Shown: in pieces, positions 25,471 to 32,656 of the stretch
How the letters are laid out: each line of letters begins with the position of its first letter
Numbering within the stretch: the stretch's first letter is position 1
DNA from: Thermoplasmatota archaeon
Lineage (GTDB): Archaea; Thermoplasmatota; Poseidoniia; Poseidoniales; Poseidoniaceae
NCBI GenBank assembly: GCA_036162675.1
Contig: JAYYBT010000066.1
Span: forward strand, 1 to 34,520
Length of the DNA: 34,520 nt
Direction: 5' to 3'
Notes under the pieces: model-generated
The model's input: only the letters and a program-made list of their open reading frames with translations
What the model was told of the DNA's origin: nothing
Database searches by the model: none
Program-made: the position numbers and the translations under genes

Positions 25471-26283
25471 ATGACCATGACCATCACCCACTTGGGCACC
25501 GGCAGTCGGGGCAACTCAACGTTGCTCGAGACCCCTCGTGTCAAGGTCTTGGTCGACCAAGGATTCAGCGGGGCACAACTGGCCAAACGATTGGCTCGGT
25601 TGGAACTGAAACCTGAAGATATTGATTGCGTGTTCATCTCACACCACCACGGCGACCATGGCGGCGGAGCCAAGGTCCTTCAAACTCGTTGGAACATTCG
25701 CGTTCTGGCCAACGAACGAACAGCCATGGAATTGGACCTCCTGCCCGAGCTCACCACCTATTTTGAGGCGCTTGACCTCGTTCGTGTGGGCGAAGATTTG
25801 GCGATTCTCCCCGTCCCGGTACCCCACGCCGGGTCTGACAATGTGGCCTTTGTCGCAAGCCACGGAGGCGAACGTGCCGCCATCATCACCGACCTCGGTT
25901 CGTGGACCGATGAGTTGGTCACCCACGTTCGTGGTTGCGAGCACATCTCCATCGAGGCCAACTACGACCACAACAAATTGATGTACGGACCCTACCCCTA
26001 TTCCCTCAAAGACCGCATTTCCGGCCGAGGTGGACACTTGTCCAACGAACAGACGGGCCAATTTTTGGCCGAGGTTTGCACTGAAAAAACGCGAAGCATC
26101 ACGTTGACTCACTTGAGCGAGAAAAACAACATGCCTCACCTCGCCGAATCAACGGTCTTGTACTTTATTGACGAGGTGTTTTCGGGCGACCTCCGCATCT
26201 CCGCCCAAGACGGCCCGGATTTTTCTCACTACATTGGCAAGGTCAACGAGACGGTCGAGGCCGAAAAGAAGGCGAGCAACTGA
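25471..26283 (+). CDS. MBL-fold metallo-hydrolase
   Basis: 270 aa, ATG at 25471. ITHLGTGSRGNSTLL N-terminus, VFISHHHGDHGGG (HxHxDH zinc motif), and downstream His/Asp positions (VPHAGSD, ITDLG, LTHLS) typical of the metallo-beta-lactamase fold. Substrate not inferable. Confidence 0.85.
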   Translation: MTMTITHLGTGSRGNSTLLETPRVKVLVDQGFSGAQLAKRLARLELKPEDIDCVFISHHHGDHGGGAKVLQTRWNIRVLANERTAMELDLLPELTTYFEALDLVRVGEDLAILPVPVPHAGSDNVAFVASHGGERAAIITDLGSWTDELVTHVRGCEHISIEANYDHNKLMYGPYPYSLKDRISGRGGHLSNEQTGQFLAEVCTEKTRSITLTHLSEKNNMPHLAESTVLYFIDEVFSGDLRISAQDGPDFSHYIGKVNETVEAEKKASN

Positions 26284-26300
26284 GCGTTGAAGCCCACATT

Positions 26301-26307
26301 GAGGTGA
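26301..26307 (+). promoter_or_regulatory. Shine-Dalgarno site GAGGTGA, 8 nt before ATG 26316
   Basis: Exact 7-mer complement of the canonical archaeal/bacterial 16S 3' end (CCUCC core). The 16S gene itself is not in the window. Confidence 0.6.
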
Positions 26308-26315
26308 ATGGCTAA

Positions 26316-27401
26316 ATGATACGGGGTTGTGTCAACCTTGTGAACCGACGCACCGGCCAAGTTCAGTCTCATCGCCTGCGCGATGAAGACCGTGGTGTCA
26401 GCGAGGTTCTCGGCGTGGTCATGCTCTTGGCCATGGTCATCACCATCATGGGTGGCGTCTGGGTGTTTCTCAACCCCTACCTCTCGGATTTTGAAGACAA
26501 CACCAACTGGAATTCAGCCACTGGGTTGGCCGACCGCATCGAGGACCGGCTTGAGGTCGCAGGAAACGCGCCAGATGGGACTGGATTCCGCAACACATTG
26601 GCCATCCAGTCAACATCCATTCGCACCGTGCAAAACGTCGAACATTGGAGCATCAGCGCCGATTTGACCGAACGGGAGCGCATCCAATTACGCCATGTCA
26701 ACGATACGACAGTGGCCGTGTTGGCAGCCAACGAAACAGCTCGTTCCATCTCGGTTGAGTCGCCCGGCGTCTACTTCGAGGATGACGTGACCCGTAGTCA
26801 CCTGGAGGTGTTCATCACCCACAACGCCAGCGCCTCCCACTGGATGATCATCACCGTTTACGGGGCGGATGACGAACCCCTCCACCGTCAAGTGATGTGG
26901 ACCCTTTCTGGTTTGCAAATCACCACGTCTCTTGGTCAAGGCGAACATCAAATTGCGCTGATGAATAACGCCCGGGCAGAACGGTTTCCAAACCAGGCAT
27001 GGGAGGTCAGCGCCATGCCATCGGTTGAATTTGACCGCATGGCCAACGATGAACTACGCCTCTCCATCCTGCTCACCGATGTCACCGCCAACGGCAGCAT
27101 CGGCTCGGGGTCAAACGTCGGTATGCAATTTGTATCTCAAGGACCAATGACGCTCTTCACAGGTCGGGCCTACAACGTCAACTTCAACGTCTTCAACTCT
27201 CTTCACGATGTTATCACGCCTCAATACCACAACAGTTGGCTATCTGAATACACCGTGCAACGCTCGGCAGGCACCCTGGACACCTACATCGGTTTCGCAC
27301 CTTACGAGCGGGCCAGCGGTGCAGATGGATTCAGTGTCTCCGCACAGAACCTTCCATTGTACTTTGAAGTGGACATCCAGCGCGTGGAGGTGAGTCGATG
27401 A
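26316..27401 (+). CDS. large type IV pilin-like protein (class III signal peptide, DUF1628-like N-terminus)
   Basis: N-terminus ...RLRDEDRG/VSEVLGVVMLLAMVITIMGGVWVF: a charged leader, a G at -1, then a 24-residue hydrophobic helix. This is the archaeal prepilin architecture. The mature part of ~330 aa is beta-rich. SD lies upstream. The stop overlaps the next start (ATGA). Confidence 0.75.
   Translation: MIRGCVNLVNRRTGQVQSHRLRDEDRGVSEVLGVVMLLAMVITIMGGVWVFLNPYLSDFEDNTNWNSATGLADRIEDRLEVAGNAPDGTGFRNTLAIQSTSIRTVQNVEHWSISADLTERERIQLRHVNDTTVAVLAANETARSISVESPGVYFEDDVTRSHLEVFITHNASASHWMIITVYGADDEPLHRQVMWTLSGLQITTSLGQGEHQIALMNNARAERFPNQAWEVSAMPSVEFDRMANDELRLSILLTDVTANGSIGSGSNVGMQFVSQGPMTLFTGRAYNVNFNVFNSLHDVITPQYHNSWLSEYTVQRSAGTLDTYIGFAPYERASGADGFSVSAQNLPLYFEVDIQRVEVSR
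27386..27393 (+). promoter_or_regulatory. Shine-Dalgarno site GGAGGTGA, 4 nt before ATG 27398
   Basis: Exact 8-mer match to the SD consensus, lying inside the 3' end of the preceding CDS. Confidence 0.6.
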
Positions 27402-29632
27402 ACGGGTGCATGCGCAGGGACGAGGAGGCGGTTTCCGCCGCTGTCGCAACCGTTCTCTTGTTCGGTGGCGTCCTTTCCATTATCGGGTTGATGATGGTCT
27501 CCATGATGCCGGTCATCGAGGAAATGGAAGGCTCGGTTGAACGCCACGATATGTCGTCGCAGATGAGCCTCCTCGCCCACGAAACCTCAGCACTCAGCGA
27601 GCGTGGAATGCCAGGTGATGTGGCGCAAGCGACGTTGATTCCCGTTGACGGCGAGTTGGTTTGGGACAGTTTGCGAGGAGGGATGTGGTACTCCGCCACA
27701 TGGGTTGAAGATATGAGTCTGCGAGCACGAGGAGCGCTGGATTTTGACGATACGCTGGAGATTCGACACCCCGAGAGTTTCATTGAAGCCGTGTGCATCA
27801 CGGACCTTCGCATGGGACCTGACAGACCTTACCACTACACCTTGGAGGCGGTTCTTGATGCAGCGATGGTGACCGTCACCCCTGGGTTGGCAATGCCGCT
27901 TGGTCCAATTGAGGTAGCCTTGGTTGAGAACGGCGAAGAAACGCAGACCATTTCCCTCCGAGTTGATGAGATGGCGACCTTTGACTTGGAAACCATGGGG
28001 GAAGCCGTGTTGACCTCAAGCCATGCCCTCAATGTTCTCGGGCTTGTCGGAAACAGCGGCGCAACCTATGTCCTGCCAAATTCACCCGAACCGGCGGATA
28101 AACGTGGACAAGCATGGTCCATACCGGCCATGGCAGGCCAACACACCGTTCAACTTCTCAGCGAATCAGCCAATCAAATTCACATCACTGTTAACGGTGA
28201 AACCACCATTCACTACGCCATGCCAACCGGTCTTGCACGAACCGGTGTTCATTTCACACACGAGGTTGACCTCGATGATGACGGCGTGGTCCACATCACC
28301 ACGAGCGCCCCCTCACGCTTGATATTGAAAGTAAACACAAATGCAACTGAGGGCCTAACAGCCTGGCCTTCCAGCAATGGCGCCTACTTGGGCAACACCT
28401 TCCTCCCTCCCCACCTCAACGGCACACTTCGCTTCACCAATCCCGGCGAAAGCGTGGTCACCATCACATGGAGAGGTGGGGGGATATCCGTAGCAGCCGG
28501 AGAGGTTGAGCATGTGTCGTGGCCACCGGCCTACGACGATGGAGCGGCCACGCTGGACGCCGACGGGGACGTCTTCGTCACATGGGGTGCATCAGCCTCC
28601 ACGAGCAGCACCGACGGCATCAACGGCACCATGTTGCTCCCTGCCGATGATACGGGCGCACTTTCTGGCGGTCTCTTTTCCTATGTGAACAACATGAACG
28701 AGACGGAGGAGCATGTGCTCATTCGCCTGGCAGGCTACACGTCCACATGGAACGTGAGCGGGGCAGATGTCCAAACTGGTGTGTTTTTGGAAACCAACAG
28801 GCTTCGCACCATCACCCTTGACGAGGGCACGACAACGATTCGTGTCGATTCAGGCCACCCACTGCGGGCCATGCGTACCGCAGGCGAAGCCGGTCTCCTT
28901 CACCTTCCTCACGACGGGGAACGCCGATGCACCAGCATTGGCACCCAAGCCAGTGGATGGATCAGCACCGACCTGCCATGGGAACGCATGGGTGGTCGTG
29001 GTGAAATCGATATCCGAGAAGCGTGGCGTGATGGACGGCACCCCGCAAGTTTGAGCATTGATGTGCTGGGTGACGACGGCCGTTCTTCCCACAGTTCCAT
29101 CGGCTCGGTCTGGGCCTTCCACCTCTCTCGCCTCTCCTATCAGTTTTCATCTTCAATCGACGGCATGGAAGTGGCCTTCAGCGGTGGTGCGGTGGTCACC
29201 AACCATCCCGAATTCAAACCCTACGTTGTGGTGCCGCCCTCCGACCGAGGCGGGCCCGGCCCTCGGTTCGCTGCAACAATACCCTCGCTCCACCCCACCG
29301 CATCCAGTGAGAGCGGTGCAGGTGAATTGGAATTGGACATCGAATTGGTTCATCGCACCTCGCTCGCCTCAACACCCGCCTACGAGGTCCGTCGTGGATG
29401 GTCCGAGCCATACGGCACCGCCATCGCCGATAACGCCGGCATCGGCCTCGAGGCGAGCGAAGATTGGACCGTCTATCCAGGTCGGTTGGACTTACTCACC
29501 GATTACGTAGGCTGGGTGCCCGACCCAAGCTATGGCACGGCAGAAGCCGTTTGGCACACCAACGGCGAAATCATCGAGTTCACCCTTCAATTGGCGTCCA
29601 TTGACGTAACGGCTCGGGAGGTGCTGGTATGA
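27398..29632 (+). CDS. very large (744 aa) pilin-like protein with class III-type N-terminus
   Basis: MNGCMRRDEEA/VSAAVATVLLFGGVLSIIGLMMVSMM: a short charged leader plus a long hydrophobic helix. A later block AFSGGAVVTNHPEFKPYVVVPPS parallels IALMNNARAERFPNQAWEVSAMPSVEF of the upstream protein. Translationally coupled on both sides. The -2 residue is E rather than K/R, so processing is less certain. Confidence 0.65.
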   Translation: MNGCMRRDEEAVSAAVATVLLFGGVLSIIGLMMVSMMPVIEEMEGSVERHDMSSQMSLLAHETSALSERGMPGDVAQATLIPVDGELVWDSLRGGMWYSATWVEDMSLRARGALDFDDTLEIRHPESFIEAVCITDLRMGPDRPYHYTLEAVLDAAMVTVTPGLAMPLGPIEVALVENGEETQTISLRVDEMATFDLETMGEAVLTSSHALNVLGLVGNSGATYVLPNSPEPADKRGQAWSIPAMAGQHTVQLLSESANQIHITVNGETTIHYAMPTGLARTGVHFTHEVDLDDDGVVHITTSAPSRLILKVNTNATEGLTAWPSSNGAYLGNTFLPPHLNGTLRFTNPGESVVTITWRGGGISVAAGEVEHVSWPPAYDDGAATLDADGDVFVTWGASASTSSTDGINGTMLLPADDTGALSGGLFSYVNNMNETEEHVLIRLAGYTSTWNVSGADVQTGVFLETNRLRTITLDEGTTTIRVDSGHPLRAMRTAGEAGLLHLPHDGERRCTSIGTQASGWISTDLPWERMGGRGEIDIREAWRDGRHPASLSIDVLGDDGRSSHSSIGSVWAFHLSRLSYQFSSSIDGMEVAFSGGAVVTNHPEFKPYVVVPPSDRGGPGPRFAATIPSLHPTASSESGAGELELDIELVHRTSLASTPAYEVRRGWSEPYGTAIADNAGIGLEASEDWTVYPGRLDLLTDYVGWVPDPSYGTAEAVWHTNGEIIEFTLQLASIDVTAREVLV
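29617..29623 (+). promoter_or_regulatory. Shine-Dalgarno site GGAGGTG, 5 nt before ATG 29629
   Basis: Exact 7-mer SD match inside the 3' end of the preceding CDS. Confidence 0.6.
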
Positions 29633-30108
29633 ATCGTGGAAGCCTGACCCGGGACACCAGAGCCGCAGCTACTGAATTGGGCTACATTTTCACCTTCTTG
29701 CTGGGTGTGTTGTTGATGAGCATGTTCAGTGTGTGGGCATGGGACATTGAAACAAACACCCGTTTGCGTTGGAACGAGGAAGCCATCCAAGCGAACATGG
29801 ACGACATCGCTGCCGCCGTGGAACGGGCGGATGAAGCCAGTCGCCTCGGTGGAAACATCTCCTATGCAGAGGAGATCAGTTGGCGGCCAACGGAGGCCGA
29901 TGAGTCGCTCTTTTGGTTGGAATTGCACGATACAGCCCTGATTCTCATCGATGAAGGAGGGCCTCTTGACACGGAGATTTCCCTTTCGGGGACCGGGGCC
30001 GGCACGCATGAGGGGCGAGTGCCGCTCGCTGGTGTTGAACGCTTGTGGGTGGTTCATGACGATGGCATAACCTTCCTTTCACTCGACCGGCCACAGGCCG
30101 TTCAGTGA
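29629..30108 (+). CDS. small pilin-like protein (class III-type N-terminus, resembles haloarchaeal minor-pilin families)
   Basis: MNRGSLTRDTRA/AATELGYIFTFLLGVLLMSMFSVWAW, followed by a helical segment EEAIQANMDDIAAAVERADEASRL. From memory this pattern resembles DUF7266-type proteins of archaeal pilin loci; needs an HMM check. Preferred over the antisense ORF 29587..30057 because of the SD and the ATGA coupling. Confidence 0.65.
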   Translation: MNRGSLTRDTRAAATELGYIFTFLLGVLLMSMFSVWAWDIETNTRLRWNEEAIQANMDDIAAAVERADEASRLGGNISYAEEISWRPTEADESLFWLELHDTALILIDEGGPLDTEISLSGTGAGTHEGRVPLAGVERLWVVHDDGITFLSLDRPQAVQ

Positions 30109-30109
30109 A

Positions 30110-32635
30110 TCAACGACTCATGACCGCTCTGTGGACCATGGCTTGGACTTCTCGCATTCGTGTTTTTGCACCAAGTTCCCTGAACACCGTCAATGCACGC
30201 TGCAGATATTCCATGCGGCCTTGACGGTCGGGGGCAACCCCACCAAGTCGCGTGAGAAGTTCTCCAATCTGCATCCGCAGATCATTGGCCTCAGCCAGCA
30301 CCAAGGCCTGGCTATAATGCTCCATGGCTTCATCGGTGCGCCCAGCATCGTGCAAAACTTCACCCAGAAGCATGGTGATTTCCACCAAGGATTGCACATC
30401 ACCTGCCTCGGTCATGGCCTCAAGCGCTTCGGAATAGTGGAACAAAGCCAATTCGGATTGCTCGACCTTGGAGTAGTATCGGCCCAATACGCCCTGGGCA
30501 CGAGCGTGGAGCAAAACATCACCCATTTCCGCTGTTCGTTCATGCGACGCCATGGCGTGTTCCCGAGCACGGTCAACCTCGCCGAGAGAAATGAGGGCTC
30601 GGGCGAGTGTGATTTGGCTGTTGATGAGCTCATCGTCCTCAGAATCTGCGAGAATGGCTTCCACTTCACCGTAGGCTTCCAAGGCTTTGGCACGCTCGTT
30701 TTTTCGTCGAAGCAGGTAGCCGATGTTGTTGTAGGTCCGAGCAGCCCATCGGGCGTGTCCTCGTGCGATGTAATGCTTCAGGGCTTGCTTGTGGCGACTG
30801 AGGGAAAGGTCGCTATCTCCCTGTTTTCGGCTCACGTCTGCCATTGAAGAGAGGATTTCGGCCTGTATCAATTCATCAGCGCTCTTCTTTGCTCGTTCAA
30901 GGGTCGCGCTGAGCACTTCTTCGGCTTCTTCAAGGCGACCAAGAAGAGCAAGAATATCCCCTTGCAATTGTGCCATGCGAACCACGACATCAGACGAGAG
31001 GTCGTCTGTTTCGATTTGCTCAATGAGCCCGAGCAGTTCCATGTAGCCTTGAGAGATGAGTTGCCGTCCTTCGGTGACCACGAGGTTTGAGGCCTCTTCG
31101 TATTGTGCTGCTTGGATGGAGTGGTAAATCAGTTCAATGAGCATGTCATGAGTTTGTGTTTGCTTGAGGTACCATTCCACACACTTCCCGTGAAATTCCT
31201 GACGAAGTGCAGGAGAAAGGCTACGCAAGAGGAACTCTCGAATCAAATCGTGCACATCGTATGTTTCCGAATCCGCTTGGCGGGCGAGCCCGGATTCAAC
31301 CAAACCATCCAACTCATCCGTGTCCAATTGTTGTTGAGCGAGGGCATCAAGTTCAACGGGTTCACGGAAAATGGAGAGCGCAGAGAGGACACGTTTCTGT
31401 TCGGCACTCAATTTTGAGAAAATCTCAACGGTCACATAATTCTCCAGCGTTTCGTGAAAGGCACCTGCAGATGCACCACGGTTGATGAGTTCCAAAACGA
31501 GTGGGTGGCCACGAGAAAGACCGTGAATGTGCAACCATTGCTCGTCCTCCAACGTCTCAAAGCTTGTCAATAACTTCCGACCAGATTCAGGGTCCAAACC
31601 GTCGAGGGGAAGCACCAAACTGGCGATCCGACCCTCTGCGTCCTTGGTCGGCACCACCGGCTTGAAAGAACGAGAGAAGATGACCAAACCAATCTTCTCT
31701 TCACTCCCCAGCAAAGCCAGCGACATGGCTTGGAATGTTTGATGGAGCACCATATCCGAGACCTTGTGGAAGTCGTCAATGACCAAGAGGGAGGGCGTGC
31801 CTTCCAACGCCTCGACCAAAATACGGGCAGCGTCGGCGGGTTGTGGAACCGGTGTGGCTGCGAGGTAGGTGGAGAAATCCACATTGCCCATGCTCGACAA
31901 CCAATCGGCCACCGATTCAAAGAACGAACGGGAACCTTCCCAATCCTGACATCGGTGGTAGAGGAGATTTCTTCGGTGCATGAAGCGCTCAATCAGTTTT
32001 GACGCCATCGTGGTCTTTCCAATCCCTGCAATGCCGGGTACAAGCAAGGTTGTGGCCCTCGCCTCAAGCAAATTGACCATGTTGTCAAGTTCAGTCGTGC
32101 GACCGTAGAAATGGCGCAACCGGGGTAGGTCAGCAAGTGATGTCACCAGTTGCTTCTCAACATGCTTTGACAAATCACGTTCAACCAAGTCGGCCGAGAG
32201 GTTTCGAACATCCAAACAATTCTGCTCATCGATGTACCGAATGATGTCCACCGGCCGCATCTCAAAAGGCAAAACAGACTTGGCTCCGTTCAGGGTCGTC
32301 GCCACAGCGGGTTGGTCATCGAGGATGCAACGAACGGGAAATTCTGCGAGCCTCTCCCATGTTTCGTTGGCTAGAGCGATGCCCGAATCGGTCAAAAAGT
32401 AGGCTTTGCGTTTGCGAGATACACCTTTCACGTGTGCTTGACGCTCGACGAGAATACCTTGGTCTTTCAAGCCGGCAATTGCACGAGGCACGTTGGACCG
32501 CGCAATGGCGACGGCGTTGGCAATCCCCATTTGGGAGAGCGCAAAGGGAACCTCAATGCTGTCCTTGTAGTCGGAGTAATCCAACAAGTGCAACAGGATG
32601 CGTTCCTGAACACCGGGTTTTGCCTGTGCGGCCAT
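30110..32635 (-). CDS. wHTH - STAND (NB-ARC/AP-ATPase-like) NTPase - TPR protein
   Basis: 841 aa, ATG at 32635. N-terminal winged-helix pattern (LSQMGIANAVAIARSNVPRAIAGLKDQGILVERQ...KRKAYFLTDSG). Walker A LVPGIAGIGKTT (~32008..32037). Walker B LLVIDDFH (~31766..31789). VIFSRS and LPLDGLDPESGRKLL motifs. About 330 aa of TPR-like repeats (ARTYNNIGYLLRRKNERAKALEAYGEV). Confidence 0.85.
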   Translation of the reverse strand: MAAQAKPGVQERILLHLLDYSDYKDSIEVPFALSQMGIANAVAIARSNVPRAIAGLKDQGILVERQAHVKGVSRKRKAYFLTDSGIALANETWERLAEFPVRCILDDQPAVATTLNGAKSVLPFEMRPVDIIRYIDEQNCLDVRNLSADLVERDLSKHVEKQLVTSLADLPRLRHFYGRTTELDNMVNLLEARATTLLVPGIAGIGKTTMASKLIERFMHRRNLLYHRCQDWEGSRSFFESVADWLSSMGNVDFSTYLAATPVPQPADAARILVEALEGTPSLLVIDDFHKVSDMVLHQTFQAMSLALLGSEEKIGLVIFSRSFKPVVPTKDAEGRIASLVLPLDGLDPESGRKLLTSFETLEDEQWLHIHGLSRGHPLVLELINRGASAGAFHETLENYVTVEIFSKLSAEQKRVLSALSIFREPVELDALAQQQLDTDELDGLVESGLARQADSETYDVHDLIREFLLRSLSPALRQEFHGKCVEWYLKQTQTHDMLIELIYHSIQAAQYEEASNLVVTEGRQLISQGYMELLGLIEQIETDDLSSDVVVRMAQLQGDILALLGRLEEAEEVLSATLERAKKSADELIQAEILSSMADVSRKQGDSDLSLSRHKQALKHYIARGHARWAARTYNNIGYLLRRKNERAKALEAYGEVEAILADSEDDELINSQITLARALISLGEVDRAREHAMASHERTAEMGDVLLHARAQGVLGRYYSKVEQSELALFHYSEALEAMTEAGDVQSLVEITMLLGEVLHDAGRTDEAMEHYSQALVLAEANDLRMQIGELLTRLGGVAPDRQGRMEYLQRALTVFRELGAKTRMREVQAMVHRAVMSR

Positions 32636-32656
32636 GTCCTAACCCTCAGTTCTCCC

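Noticed and set aside
26308-26319. Three-codon mini-ORF ATG-GCT-AAA-TGA overlapping the ATG of the first pilin-like gene
   Set aside because: Its ATG directly abuts the SD (zero spacing), so it is unlikely to be initiated. It is too short to evaluate.
29587-30057. 156-aa minus-strand ORF opposite the third pilin-like gene
   Set aside because: The plus-strand gene has an exact SD, an ATGA coupling and a class III-type N-terminus. The antisense product has none of these features.
30131-30847. 238-aa plus-strand ORF antisense to the TPR region of the STAND gene
   Set aside because: It would have to begin 23 nt after the pilin operon stop with no SD. The opposite strand shows regular TPR periodicity, so the minus frame is the real one.
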